Part shown: in pieces, positions 36,683 through 46,741 of the stretch
Position numbering within the stretch: position 1 is the first letter of the stretch
Layout of the letters: each line of letters starts with the position of its first letter
Assembly: GCA_030679255.1 (NCBI GenBank)
Contig: JAUXTO010000025.1
Span: forward strand, 8,719 to 72,718
Length of the DNA: 64,000 nucleotides
Direction of reading: 5' to 3'
Origin: Candidatus Gottesmanbacteria bacterium
GTDB taxonomy: Bacteria > Patescibacteriota > Microgenomatia > UBA10105 > UBA927
Made by a program: the position numbers and the translations under genes
The notes under the pieces: generated by a model
The model's input: only the letters and a program-made list of their open reading frames with translations
What the model was told of the DNA's origin: nothing
Databases searched by the model: none

Positions 36683-37896
36683 GGGTGGTACGCGTTGAGT
36701 GCTTTTGTGAGGATATCGATGCATCGGATGATATCGGGGATGGATAACACGTAGGCAATACGGACTTCGTTTTTTCCTTTACCAGGTGTTGCATAAAACC
36801 CCGCAGCGGGAGCCACCATGACGGTTTCGGCCTGTCCTGATCCGTCAGCTGACGGAGAAGGATCTCGAAAATCCGTAAGGAGCCACTGACAAAAATGCTC
36901 GGCATCCTCAACCGGCAGTCCCACGATTGCGTAAAATGCGCCCTCAGGTTTGGGGATGGTGACACCCGGAATATGACGCAATCCTTCGTATAATACGTCC
37001 CGACGTTTTTCATATTCATCATGGACTTCTTGAAAGTACGACACCGGCACCTTCGTGAGTTTAGCAGCCATCAACTGGTCGATGAGCCCCGCCGAAAGCC
37101 TACCTTGCCCGATCCGTAAGACGCCTGCCATAATATCTTGATTGAGCGAGATGAGCGCTCCGATTCGCGCTCCACAGACGCTGTAGCGCTTCGACAGACT
37201 ATCCAGAACTATCGCGTGCTCAGGAATTTCCTGCATAAAGGAAAGAAGGGACACCTGACGGGCGCCATCATAGGTAAATTCCCGATATACTTCATCGGAG
37301 AGAAGAAACAGTCCATGCTTTTTTGCGAGCGCCACGAGTGTTTCTATTTCGCTTTTTGAATACACGGTGCCCGTCGGATTGTTGGGATTGCAATAAAGAA
37401 TAGCTTTCGTCTTTTTCGTAATCTTGCCCTCTATCACCGATTGCGCCGGCAAATGAAATCCGTCAGATAAATTCGTTGGGATTGGTACTAATTGCACACC
37501 ATTGACCGCCGCGTACGTATTGTAGTTGGCATAAAACGGCTCAAAGACGATGATCTCGTCACCCGGATCGGCAACGGCAAAAAGCGCCCAGGAAATTGCC
37601 TCGGATCCTCCGATGGTCACCTGGAGATGTGATGTATCGAGAAATATCGCCCCAAGTCCGTGGTAATAAATTTTTAATGATTCTAAAAGACTCGGCTCTC
37701 CCTGGGACTGACTATACCCCACGGGATTACGGTCCCAATCCCGTAGAACCTGGAGCATCACCTCCGGCGTTTTGATGTCCGGGTCGCCAATATTAAAATG
37801 GTACACCTTCACCCCTGCTTTCTTTGCCGCCGTGGCGTACGGCACGAGTTTACGGATAGGAGAGGCGGGAACGCTCGATAGTCTTTGAGATGTCAT
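36679..37896 (-). CDS. Class I/II (AspAT-like) PLP-dependent aminotransferase with an in-frame palindrome insertion
   Basis: NPNNPTG and SLSKRYSVCGARIG motifs. The insertion at 36831-36866 encodes DPSPSADGSG, the same peptide as in htrA. Confidence 0.8.
   Translation of the reverse strand: MTSQRLSSVPASPIRKLVPYATAAKKAGVKVYHFNIGDPDIKTPEVMLQVLRDWDRNPVGYSQSQGEPSLLESLKIYYHGLGAIFLDTSHLQVTIGGSEAISWALFAVADPGDEIIVFEPFYANYNTYAAVNGVQLVPIPTNLSDGFHLPAQSVIEGKITKKTKAILYCNPNNPTGTVYSKSEIETLVALAKKHGLFLLSDEVYREFTYDGARQVSLLSFMQEIPEHAIVLDSLSKRYSVCGARIGALISLNQDIMAGVLRIGQGRLSAGLIDQLMAAKLTKVPVSYFQEVHDEYEKRRDVLYEGLRHIPGVTIPKPEGAFYAIVGLPVEDAEHFCQWLLTDFRDPSPSADGSGQAETVMVAPAAGFYATPGKGKNEVRIAYVLSIPDIIRCIDILTKALNAYHP
36831..36866. 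repeat. Family 4 palindromic insertion, copy in the aminotransferase gene
   Basis: cctgtcctgatccgtcagctgacggagaaggatctc encodes the same DPSPSADGSG peptide. Confidence 0.75.
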
Positions 37897-38198
37897 AGAT
37901 AGGAATACTAGTGTAGTCGATTCCGGCGATTTTTTCACGCGCTATGTTATACTCGATTTTCATATGTCCCCTGAAATTTCGTGTAAAGATTGTATTCACT
38001 TTGATCGTAGGGACTCGGATACAAATTTTGTTTCCCCTGATGGTCGAAAAGGATTTTGCAGAATAAACAACGGATTATTATTAGGAGAAAGGGATGAAGA
38101 TAGTATTTGTCCTCCTCATCAACAGCTGTATTTTATTTCTGTAAAATCAATATTTTCAAACACGACGCCAGAATAAATGCGGTAATGTTTAATGGCAA

Positions 38199-39071
38199 CT
38201 ATAACTTCAGGCTTTTGAGGTAGTCGCGGAAGTCGCCATTCAAGTCTTTGTGCTGGAGGGCAAATTCGACGACAGTTTTAAGGTATTCAAGCTTGTTGCC
38301 AGTATCAAAATACTTACCATCTTTTATCTCGCAGGCGTATACCGGACGAGTTTTCATAAGCTGACGGATCGCATCGGTAAGCCAGATCTCATCACTTTTA
38401 CCCGGCTTGAGAGACTCGAGGAGCGGAAATATATCCGGAGTCAGCACATAACATCCATGGGCGGCTAGATTACTGGGAGCTTCCTCCGAGGTCGGTTTTT
38501 CGATAAGGCGCTTAATCTGCCAAATATTCTTTTCGATATTATTTGCGTCTACTATACCATAGCGAGACACGTCTCCCTTCGGTACCCGCACGGCAGAGAT
38601 CACCGGATCACCGTATTTTTCAAACACGTCTATACACTGACGCGTACGAGGTGGCGTGCTATAGATGAACTCGTCTCCCCAGATAGCCACAAACGGCTCG
38701 TTGCCGATTACTGGTTTGGCGCAGAGTACCGGCGTCCCGTTACCGTACGGTCCTTTTTGACGAACATAGATAAAGTTAGCAAGCGATGAGGTACGTTTGA
38801 CTTCTTCCAAAAGCTTTTCTTTCTTTTGCTGTTCGAGCATTTTGATGAGTTCAAAAGGATAGTCAAAGTGATCCTCGATGGATCGTTTGTGCCAACCCGT
38901 CACGATGACGATGTCCGTAATCCCGCTTGCAACTAATTCCTCAACCACATACTGGATGACGGGCTTATCGACGATCGGCAACATTTCCTTAGGCATGGCC
39001 TTCGTCTGCGGAAGAAAACGGGTACCAAACCCAGCGGCGGGTATGACTGCTTTATGAATTTTTGTAGACAT
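38199..39071 (-). CDS. galU: UTP-glucose-1-phosphate uridylyltransferase
   Basis: AVIPAAGFGTRFLPQTKAMPKEMLPIVDKP is the GalU signature. Confidence 0.9.
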   Translation of the reverse strand: MSTKIHKAVIPAAGFGTRFLPQTKAMPKEMLPIVDKPVIQYVVEELVASGITDIVIVTGWHKRSIEDHFDYPFELIKMLEQQKKEKLLEEVKRTSSLANFIYVRQKGPYGNGTPVLCAKPVIGNEPFVAIWGDEFIYSTPPRTRQCIDVFEKYGDPVISAVRVPKGDVSRYGIVDANNIEKNIWQIKRLIEKPTSEEAPSNLAAHGCYVLTPDIFPLLESLKPGKSDEIWLTDAIRQLMKTRPVYACEIKDGKYFDTGNKLEYLKTVVEFALQHKDLNGDFRDYLKSLKL

Positions 39072-39137
39072 AAATACTTAATTACCGTGCTTTCTATTCT
39101 ATCCGTGCTGTATTCTGTTTGTCAATTTGGTAGTATG

Positions 39138-40901
39138 GAAAGAGTCATGAAACGCATTCTTTCTCTAGCGATACTCGTAGGATTTCTTCTCTTTATTCCC
39201 AAGGCAGCCCTCCACGCCGAAGTTACCGGCCCGCCGGATATCACCACACGGGTTTCGCTGCCCAACTCCATAGATTTTGCCGAAATTGGAGAAAGAAACG
39301 GTGTCTCCTTTCTCTCCGGAATAAAACCTTTTTTTAATCCTACAATCGTCGGAGAAGTAGGATTTGAAGGAAGTTCGCAAAATAAACCCCAAGGCGACGT
39401 TCCGGTTGTATTTTCCTGGCTGGGTCCGCAGTTGAAACTAACCTATCCATTCCTGACCCCAGAGGCCATAGCCACGCGCATACAGCCGATCAATACGGAT
39501 TATACCTACACAACCACCTCAACCTTATGTCTTGCTTCAGATAATGATAATAAACAGGCATTTCCACTCAAGGAACGGATTGTCATGCCGGCGGAGGGAC
39601 TCTCTCAAACCATGGAAGCAGGCGTTATGCTCTCGGGGCTGCTTGCCCCGCAAGTTACCGTGACAAAAGATACCTATGAACACCTCAATGAACTCTTTCC
39701 AAATGTATTAGGATCTATCCTAAAAAATCCAGCCTGCGATCAACCGCCGCCTACTCGTGCTGTAGCCAAAGAGCGTGTTGGTGCTTCGTCTCCGGAAGAG
39801 TATACAGTTCCACCCGATAAACTTCCCGTATATTTATTTAACAAATGGATTTCATCTCTGCCGAAAATCGGCGCGCTATGCTCCGAAACTAACTGCAATC
39901 TCACGGCAAATCCCATGTTTGACCTTCTGCTCAAGACGAAGATACCCTACATCGGAGAGATTTCAAAAAATCTGATGAATGACCCGCTCGATCCGAATAG
40001 TAAGCAGGTCGGCGCTTTGGCAACATTTGTATCAGATAGGTTTTCTATTCAAAACCGGCATGGTGCAGTGACCAATCAAATTATCGAACAAACCATCAAA
40101 TCAAGCAGTGAACCGTTGAAAACTCCCATAAACTATGCACTTGCCAAAACCGCTCAAGATTATTATCAATTTACTAATTGCTCGGTCTACCCCGACTCGC
40201 TTCAGTCCACGAAACTCGACTACAGCTGTAACTTTTCTGAAAATGATGCGACTTCTGATAGGTCGCTTGCTGGTTGGTATACAGATAGTAAACCGCTTGA
40301 TTCAAACTTCTCCTCAAATGTCTTTCAACAATCTACGCAAGACGAGATCAGGCTAGCAACCGATCGCAAAATCCCCGCCTGCGTCTTGGAAGCCGTCAAA
40401 TATATCGAAACTGGTACGCAAACAGATTTTTCCGGCGCCTGCCCAGTGAACGAATGTAGTGCCGCCGGCCCCTATCAAGTCACGACGGGAGCGGCTCCCG
40501 CAAGTGGTGGCGGATGGGATACAAAATGCACTCAATGTCCAGGTCCGGATTGGAGTAAAGGTATCAAAGATTGCCCGGATGGATGGCCAGGAGATTGGCC
40601 AAAAAATCAGAGCAATCCTTCACCATGTAGCGATACAAAGGCTGCCGCGCGGCGCGCCGTTGAGATGCTCCAGGAAAAAGCGGTAATACGATGCGAAGTA
40701 CTAAATGAACAACCGACGAGAGAAGCCATCATTACTGCCGCCGGGAGTTATTATGGAAGTAATGAGCGAGTTGCCCGCCTCGGAGGCTGTTCATACGGAG
40801 AATTTGTCTACAAGCATTGCGATGGCTCGTATGTCTGCGGTACGAAAAATGTAGATCTTGGAGTAAAATACGAACAGTGTCAGGCAAAAAAGAAACTCTG
40901 A
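39138..40901 (+). CDS. Large hypothetical secreted protein with a Cys-rich C-terminal region
   Basis: Signal peptide MKRILSLAILVGFLLFIPKAALHA and a 588-aa body. No family recognised. Confidence 0.5.
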   Translation, partial: ERVMKRILSLAILVGFLLFIPKAALHAEVTGPPDITTRVSLPNSIDFAEIGERNGVSFLSGIKPFFNPTIVGEVGFEGSSQNKPQGDVPVVFSWLGPQLKLTYPFLTPEAIATRIQPINTDYTYTTTSTLCLASDNDNKQAFPLKERIVMPAEGLSQTMEAGVMLSGLLAPQVTVTKDTYEHLNELFPNVLGSILKNPACDQPPPTRAVAKERVGASSPEEYTVPPDKLPVYLFNKWISSLPKIGALCSETNCNLTANPMFDLLLKTKIPYIGEISKNLMNDPLDPNSKQVGALATFVSDRFSIQNRHGAVTNQIIEQTIKSSSEPLKTPINYALAKTAQDYYQFTNCSVYPDSLQSTKLDYSCNFSENDATSDRSLAGWYTDSKPLDSNFSSNVFQQSTQDEIRLATDRKIPACVLEAVKYIETGTQTDFSGACPVNECSAAGPYQVTTGAAPASGGGWDTKCTQCPGPDWSKGIKDCPDGWPGDWPKNQSNPSPCSDTKAAARRAVEMLQEKAVIRCEVLNEQPTREAIITAAGSYYGSNERVARLGGCSYGEFVYKHCDGSYVCGTKNVDLGVKYEQCQAKKKL

Positions 40902-40940
40902 CTTTACAACACCAAAGTATTTTGATAGGATTATCCCAGT

Positions 40941-40959
40941 AACCCCGGGAGGGGTTTTT
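40941..40959 (+). terminator. Rho-independent terminator
   Basis: aaccccgggaggggttttt is a GC hairpin followed by a T-run, just after the stop at 40901. Confidence 0.7.
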
Positions 40960-41092
40960 GATTAGTTAGTTAACGAATGAATTCCGATTCGCGAGTTTAC
41001 TAACTATCAATCCCGTACCAGCGCTCTTAGCGGGCGCGTCGGCTGTAAGCCTCCGATACGAAGGAAGCTTGGTACTGGGATATATAATTACT

Positions 41093-41311
41093 ATGCAAAC
41101 ACCTGCCAAACCGGGCCTTCCGACGATTGCCAACCCAGTACAATTTGTGCGGGAAGTGATCACGGAACTTAAGAAAGTTACCTGGCCGACGCGCTCCGAA
41201 GTCGTCAAGCTGACGGCCGTCGTCATTGCCCTTTCGTTCATCGTCGGTGCATTCATCGGCACACTGGATGTGACATTTTTGAAAATCGAAACGCTGTTAC
41301 TGAAAAGATAA
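41093..41311 (+). CDS. secE: Preprotein translocase subunit SecE
   Basis: FVREVITELKKVTWPTRSEVVKLTAVVIALSFIVGAFIGTLD. It lies immediately upstream of nusG. Confidence 0.85.
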   Translation: MQTPAKPGLPTIANPVQFVREVITELKKVTWPTRSEVVKLTAVVIALSFIVGAFIGTLDVTFLKIETLLLKR

Positions 41312-41313
41312 GT

Positions 41314-41904
41314 ATGGATACTCAACCAACCGCATCTCTGTCAGAAGTCTTAGCCACACCGGCGCCAATCGTGCCACCGGCCAATTCCAAATGGTACGTG
41401 GTCCACACCTACTCGGGGCACGAAAATAAAGTCGCAACAAATCTCCGGCAGCGCATCGAAACGATGAAGCTTGAGGCCAAAATCTTTGACATCATCGTCC
41501 CGACTCGAAACACCGTTGTTGTGCGCCACGGCAAAAAAGAAGACATCAAAGAAAAAATCTTTCCCGGATACATCATCGTCCGGATGGTCCTCGATGACGA
41601 ATCCTGGCTAGCCGTACGGACGACCCAAGGAGTGACGGCATTCGTCGGAGCCGGTAATAAACCGACGGCCATCTCGGAGAAAGAAGTTGAGACAATCAAG
41701 AAATTTATGGCGCTTGAAGCGCCCAAGTACAAAGCGGCATTTAGCGTCGGCGAAGCCGTCAAAATCATCGACGGCCCCTTCGCTGATTTCCTGGGATCGA
41801 TTGACACGATAGATGAGGCCAAAGGAAAAGTGAAAGTCCTCGTCTCCATCTTCGGCCGCGAGACCCCGGTCGAACTCGACTTCCTGCAGGTAGCTAAGCT
41901 CTAA
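41314..41904 (+). CDS. nusG: Transcription termination/antitermination factor NusG
   Basis: WYVVHTYSGHENKV (NGN domain) and a C-terminal KOW domain (GEAVKIIDGPFADFLGSI). Confidence 0.9.
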   Translation: MDTQPTASLSEVLATPAPIVPPANSKWYVVHTYSGHENKVATNLRQRIETMKLEAKIFDIIVPTRNTVVVRHGKKEDIKEKIFPGYIIVRMVLDDESWLAVRTTQGVTAFVGAGNKPTAISEKEVETIKKFMALEAPKYKAAFSVGEAVKIIDGPFADFLGSIDTIDEAKGKVKVLVSIFGRETPVELDFLQVAKL

Positions 41905-42338
41905 TGTTTATGCCTCTAGAACACCCCAAATATCCAGACTGGAATAGACTAGGCGTTCCCCCCGAACCAATGCCAAAGCATGATTATGAATTTTTTGACG
42001 GAAGTTTTTTTCAATTGCCCACCCATGACCCTAATTTTGAAGCTGACCATCGACAATGGGTTGAAAATCTTTCCCCAAAACATCGAGCGATATATGATGA
42101 ATATCTGCTAAACGTGAGGAATTGGGTAGAACAGGGTGAAAATGAATTACGAGCAATGCAAGATGCGGAATATGAAGCGTCCGGACTTGAAGCTGGAGTG
42201 AACACACCCCACGAGTTACAAGTAGCACGCAATCAAGCTATACTTTTTAAAACGTTAGACCAAATACGAACTGAAGCAAATGGACGTGAGGCTAATGCGC
42301 AATTAGAGGACTTTTTTCGTCACCGATCAGAGAGCTAG
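41904..42338 (+). CDS. Hypothetical protein
   Basis: A 144-aa ORF between nusG and rplK. No family recognised. Confidence 0.4.
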   Translation: MFMPLEHPKYPDWNRLGVPPEPMPKHDYEFFDGSFFQLPTHDPNFEADHRQWVENLSPKHRAIYDEYLLNVRNWVEQGENELRAMQDAEYEASGLEAGVNTPHELQVARNQAILFKTLDQIRTEANGREANAQLEDFFRHRSES

Positions 42339-42433
42339 CGTGTCCCCTGCCCGGATTGCAGGGGGAAATTTGATGATTCTCACAATCCTAATACCGTTAA
42401 CAACTTACAGTATATATCCGCTATAATACTAGT

Positions 42434-42658
42434 ATGTCTGAAAATGATGGACCAGAAGTGGTTATGGTTGAGGAAACAGATGCAGGATTAACAACTGATG
42501 CGATTAAGGCAATGAAAGATACAGGAAAAGTTGAATTTTATGCAGACGCAAGCGCAAAGCTTACCGGAAGAAAACAGGCTCAACTCCATACAAGAATGCC
42601 TTGGCTGAATCGTTTATTTAGTCGAGTAAAATTAAGACCTCCAGATGAAAATAGCTAG
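42434..42658 (+). CDS. Hypothetical small protein
   Basis: 74-aa ORF. Confidence 0.35.
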   Translation: MSENDGPEVVMVEETDAGLTTDAIKAMKDTGKVEFYADASAKLTGRKQAQLHTRMPWLNRLFSRVKLRPPDENS

Positions 42659-42963
42659 CCACCAATTTCCCGCCGGCGAGGACAATTTGCGCAAGGTTTC
42701 ATTTCACATGCCTCTTCCCATGCTTCGTCTGCAGTCGCTTTAATTTTTGCTGCTGCTTCACCTGTTTCTATAGCATTATTATGATCAATTGAATCAACAT
42801 TTTCTTCCCAAGTCTGATCAGCGAGTTCATTGAGTGTTTCTGCCCACCCTAAAGTGTTAGTTATGGCGCAACTCCCATTTACCGTAAATAAACAATGTGG
42901 TTCATTCGTCCCTCCAGCTTGCGTTGAAGACGCTTGATCGTTCATATACAGAAAGTATATCAT
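42655..42963 (-). CDS. Hypothetical protein
   Basis: 102-aa ORF, acidic, with C-terminal Cys residues. Confidence 0.35.
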   Translation of the reverse strand: MIYFLYMNDQASSTQAGGTNEPHCLFTVNGSCAITNTLGWAETLNELADQTWEENVDSIDHNNAIETGEAAAKIKATADEAWEEACEMKPCANCPRRREIGG

Positions 42964-43146
42964 AATTTCTATGTATTTCCTATAGGTCTATTGCATTAAT
43001 TTTCTGTCTCGTGCTATACTTCCACTACCACAAAAATGTGGGAGAGACCGGGAGAGGTTTCGGACAATCAGTATCATAAACTTCACTGATATTCTTCGTT
43101 TCCTCTTCCTAATAATTAAGTAGCTAACTAACCAATAACTATTTAT

Positions 43147-43572
43147 ATGGCAGTTAAAAAGATAAAAACAACGATCACGCTCCAGCTCAAAGCCGGAGAG
43201 GCAACGGCTGCCCCGCCCGTGGGGCCGGCTCTCGGACAGCATGGACTCCCGATCATGGAGTTTGTGAAGGCGTATAACGAAAAGACGGCCAAACTCAAAG
43301 GCGACATCATCCCGGCCGTCATCACGGTGTACGTCGACCGCACGTTCTCTTTCATCACCAAGCTCCCGCCGGTTTCGGCGATGATCAAAAAAATGCTTAA
43401 ACTCGATAAAGGCGGCGGCAAAGCAGGCCGGGAAGTGGCCGGTAAACTCACAAAAGAACAGCTCACTCAAATCGCCACCGATAAACTCGCTGATCTTAAC
43501 ACCGACTCTGTCGAAGCGGCCGAAAAGGTCGTCGCAGGAACGGCGAGGAGTATGGGAATACAAATCGAATAA
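43147..43572 (+). CDS. rplK: Ribosomal protein L11
   Basis: MAVKKIKTTITLQLKAGEATAAPPVGPALGQHG. Confidence 0.95.
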   Translation: MAVKKIKTTITLQLKAGEATAAPPVGPALGQHGLPIMEFVKAYNEKTAKLKGDIIPAVITVYVDRTFSFITKLPPVSAMIKKMLKLDKGGGKAGREVAGKLTKEQLTQIATDKLADLNTDSVEAAEKVVAGTARSMGIQIE

Positions 43573-43639
43573 AGTCTTCAGTCGTCAGTCTTCAGTCATC
43601 AGATAATCTGATAGCTGATAGCTGATAGCTGATAGCTGA
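43573..43639. repeat. Tandem and palindromic repeats in the rplK-rplA spacer
   Basis: agtcttcagtc appears twice, tcagataatctga is a palindrome, and gatagct appears four times. Possible L1 leader structure. Confidence 0.6.
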
Positions 43640-43643
43640 AAAC

Positions 43644-44510
43644 ATGGGAAAAATCAGAGTCGCCACACTGGGCGATGAATCAGAAAAGGAACAAAAACGC
43701 AGGGCCGATGCCCGGCGCCAGACCAAAAAAAGCAAGAAAGCTAAGGTCGAAGGCGTCGGCATGAAGGGCGGCGAGCGCGTGGCGGTCGTCGAAGGCGGAG
43801 ACATCAACCCGGAGTTTAAAAGGCTTGTGGCAGAAGTGGAAGCAGGATCCGCCTCCGCCGACGCTACGGCGGGCGAAGCAAAGAAAAAAAAGGAAAGGAA
43901 AGCGAAAGTCCGTTCTAAACGCTACAAGGAAGTGGCAGGGATGGTCGATAAAACCAAACTCTATCCGCTGACCGACGCCGTGGCCCTCGTCAAAAAAACG
44001 AGCGTCACGAAATTTGACGGCACCGTGGAACTCCATATCAATCTCAATCCCATGAGCTTGGGCGATGCCAAAGGCGACTACCGGGGATCAGCAAGTCTCC
44101 CTCACGGCACGGGCAAAGAAGTAAAGGTGGCGATCGCCGACGATGCGCTCCTTACGAAAATCGAAGCCGGAACCATAGACTTTGACGTCCTGGTCTCCCA
44201 CCCCTCTATGATGGCCAAACTTGCTAAATACGCCCGCGTATTAGGTCCCAAAGGCCTCATGCCCAATCCAAAAAACGGCACCGTATCGCCGGATCCGGAA
44301 AAACGAGCTAAAGAACTCGCCCACGGACAAGTTAATTTCAAAGCCGAACCAGGGATCCCGATCATCCACATGGGGATCGGCAAGGTGAGCTTTGAAGATA
44401 CGAAGCTGATCGAAAATATTCAGGCTATCCTTACGGCAATCGGAACCCATAAAATATCCCGCGTGACCATCGCCTCCACCATGGGGCCGGGCGTCAAGTT
44501 GCAACTGTAA
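43644..44510 (+). CDS. rplA: Ribosomal protein L1 with an ~90-aa K/E/A-rich N-terminal extension
   Basis: The canonical L1 begins around KLYPLTDAVALVKK, followed by GKEVKVAIADDALLTKIEAG. Upstream lies a charged extension. Confidence 0.9.
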   Translation: MGKIRVATLGDESEKEQKRRADARRQTKKSKKAKVEGVGMKGGERVAVVEGGDINPEFKRLVAEVEAGSASADATAGEAKKKKERKAKVRSKRYKEVAGMVDKTKLYPLTDAVALVKKTSVTKFDGTVELHINLNPMSLGDAKGDYRGSASLPHGTGKEVKVAIADDALLTKIEAGTIDFDVLVSHPSMMAKLAKYARVLGPKGLMPNPKNGTVSPDPEKRAKELAHGQVNFKAEPGIPIIHMGIGKVSFEDTKLIENIQAILTAIGTHKISRVTIASTMGPGVKLQL

Positions 44511-44534
44511 GCCATTCTCCCGTACTATAGACCA

Positions 44535-46103
44535 ATGGTCCCTCTTTTCGTCTCTTTGTGGAATAAGATGCTCTACGCGACACTCCTATTCCGGTTAAGA
44601 CTTCTCAACGTCCACGACAGTACTATCCCGATAGATGAACCCGGCGTCATCGTTATACAAATTGATGGATTGGGCCATGACGTCCTGGTTCAGACCATGA
44701 AACGTGGAGCCGCCCCGTTTCTCCGATCACTCATACGTCGAAATAGATATACATTCGGCTCATACTTCTGCGGTGTCCCGTCTATTACGACTGCTGTAGA
44801 AGCCGAACTCATCTTTGGAAAAAGTGACCAAATCCCCGCCTATAGTTGGTTTCACCGCAAACTCGGTAGATTTATCCGGGGAGACACGGCAGGTCAAGCC
44901 AAACTCCTGGAAGAAACAATGTTTGCCGGGGTCACCCATCCGCTTATCAAAAACGGATCAGGGATCGCGAGCGCCTATTCGGGACGCGCAACGATGACGA
45001 ATATCTCCCCGCAGTCACAGGCCGAAAAAAGCCAACTCCATCGCTACGTACGCCTCCGGATGCTCCTCGTTCCGCTTCTCAATCCGTTCCGCTTTTGGCG
45101 TATGATTCTCGTTCTTGCCGGTTCCGTCATAGTTATGATAGTCCAAGCAATAAAAAATAAATCAAAAACGCTCTTTTGGGATGAATTTTGGACCCTCGTT
45201 ATCCGGTTATTCCTCTGTGATTTAGCGGTGGCTATCGCCGTTAATGATCTTTGGCGCAAAACACCGGCACTGTTTATCAATCTTTCGCTTGTGGATAAAG
45301 TGAGCCATACGCATGGTATACGCAATCGTATTGTCTCCCAGTCTATCCGCCTCATCGACCTCTACTGCAAAAAGCTCTACGACAGCGCGCGGGTGGCCAA
45401 ACGCAAGTATCAATACATTGTCCTCTCCGACCACGGACAATCCCCCGGGATTCCATTTGAAACCATCACAGGGGAAACACTTCCTCAGCTTGTCAATCGC
45501 GGGATAGGTGATGACGGCCCCAAAACCCTCCTCACCTATGGCAATGAGGATACACTCGCTCAAAATAAAACATCTGATACGATCTTTGCTCTGCCCTCAA
45601 GTAGTATCGCGCATCTCTATTTTTCCCGTTGGTTACCCGACCAAGCTACCCGAGAAACGATCGAAAAATACTTTCCCAATCTCATCCCCACGCTTATGAC
45701 TCACCCCGGCATCGGATGGATCATGGTGAAAAATAATGACGGGACGACCACTCTTCTCGCACAAAACAATGCGTCCGCGACATTTCAAAAAGGAGCCATT
45801 TCTTCCGTACACGGTAAACCGATAAATCTTCCGGATGCAAAATTACTTCTCTCAGCGCTCGCACGGCTTTCGACGTGCGACAATAACGGTGACCTCGTCC
45901 TTTTTGGGGGGAAATACGGCAATGCGTGGGCCTCCTTTGAACCCTACATTGGCACGCACGGCAGTTTTACCGGAGAGATGGTCAAACCTTTTCTGTTGAC
46001 CAATGACCCCAAATTGAGTACACTCCTCACAAACGGCGCCTCGTACCGCGATTTGTTTAAAAGGATTCGGGAGATGAGAGGAAAAAAATCAGATATTGCG
46101 TAA
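44535..46103 (+). CDS. AlkP-superfamily membrane protein (type I phosphodiesterase/nucleotide pyrophosphatase-like) inserted between rplA and rplJ
   Basis: VIQIDGLGHDVL and VLSDHGQS metal-ligand motifs, plus internal TM helices. Confidence 0.5.
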   Translation: MVPLFVSLWNKMLYATLLFRLRLLNVHDSTIPIDEPGVIVIQIDGLGHDVLVQTMKRGAAPFLRSLIRRNRYTFGSYFCGVPSITTAVEAELIFGKSDQIPAYSWFHRKLGRFIRGDTAGQAKLLEETMFAGVTHPLIKNGSGIASAYSGRATMTNISPQSQAEKSQLHRYVRLRMLLVPLLNPFRFWRMILVLAGSVIVMIVQAIKNKSKTLFWDEFWTLVIRLFLCDLAVAIAVNDLWRKTPALFINLSLVDKVSHTHGIRNRIVSQSIRLIDLYCKKLYDSARVAKRKYQYIVLSDHGQSPGIPFETITGETLPQLVNRGIGDDGPKTLLTYGNEDTLAQNKTSDTIFALPSSSIAHLYFSRWLPDQATRETIEKYFPNLIPTLMTHPGIGWIMVKNNDGTTTLLAQNNASATFQKGAISSVHGKPINLPDAKLLLSALARLSTCDNNGDLVLFGGKYGNAWASFEPYIGTHGSFTGEMVKPFLLTNDPKLSTLLTNGASYRDLFKRIREMRGKKSDIA

Positions 46104-46211
46104 AAGTTAGTATCTCTGCTATACTTGTCATTATCCTAAAGACCGTAGGTGGAGCCAAGCGACATCCCGAGCGAACGCGAAGGACCTCCATAAATCCTAC
46201 CGAGGGAACAT

Positions 46212-46724
46212 ATGGCTACACAAAAGAAAATCGATACCGTTACTCTCCTCAACGATAAAATCTCCCGTGCTAAATCCATGGTATTCGTCGACTACCGCGG
46301 CCTCAAGCATAAACAGATGGAGGAACTCCGACGGACGCTCAAAAAGCACCAAGGAGAGCTCACGGTTGCCAAAAACCGGCTCCTCCTGCGAAGCCTCTCG
46401 GATAAAGCCGAGTCACTCAAATCCGTCCTCTCCGATACCACCGCGACCCTATTCGCTTACGCAGACGAAGTTGCCCCGCTCAAAGAACTCCTGAAATTCC
46501 TTAAAGTAGCAGGGTTCGGAAAAACGAAGGGTGGACTTCTTGGCAATGCAGTGCTTACCGACGCAGAAGTGACGAGGCTTGCGGTACTCCCCACGCGGGA
46601 CGTCCTATTAGGAAGATTGGTCGGGCAACTTAATGCACCGATTCAGGGCCTCCACTATGCGTTATCTTGGAATATCAACAAGTTCGTGTGGGCGCTCAAT
46701 GCGATTCAATCTAAAAAGAACTGA
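46212..46724 (+). CDS. rplJ: Ribosomal protein L10
   Basis: Typical L10 N-terminus (KAMVFVDYRGLK...). Confidence 0.9.
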   Translation: MATQKKIDTVTLLNDKISRAKSMVFVDYRGLKHKQMEELRRTLKKHQGELTVAKNRLLLRSLSDKAESLKSVLSDTTATLFAYADEVAPLKELLKFLKVAGFGKTKGGLLGNAVLTDAEVTRLAVLPTRDVLLGRLVGQLNAPIQGLHYALSWNINKFVWALNAIQSKKN

Positions 46725-46741
46725 AAGTGAGGTGAGTTATT

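Noticed and set aside
37964-38176. 70-aa Cys-containing plus-strand ORF between the aminotransferase and galU
   Set aside because: It has no RBS or family match, and it is short and divergent in an AT-rich spacer. It was left uncalled, though a small zinc-ribbon protein cannot be excluded.
40966-41325. 119-aa minus-strand ORF
   Set aside because: It is antisense to secE, which has a clear signature.
42988-43563. 191-aa minus-strand ORF
   Set aside because: It is antisense to rplK (L11), which is unambiguous, and its sequence is His/Arg-rich and non-protein-like.
43573-43639. Possible CRISPR array, because of short tandem repeats with a 7-11 bp period
   Set aside because: The units are far too short, are contiguous without spacers, and lie in the rplK-rplA spacer. 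No CRISPR array is present in this window.
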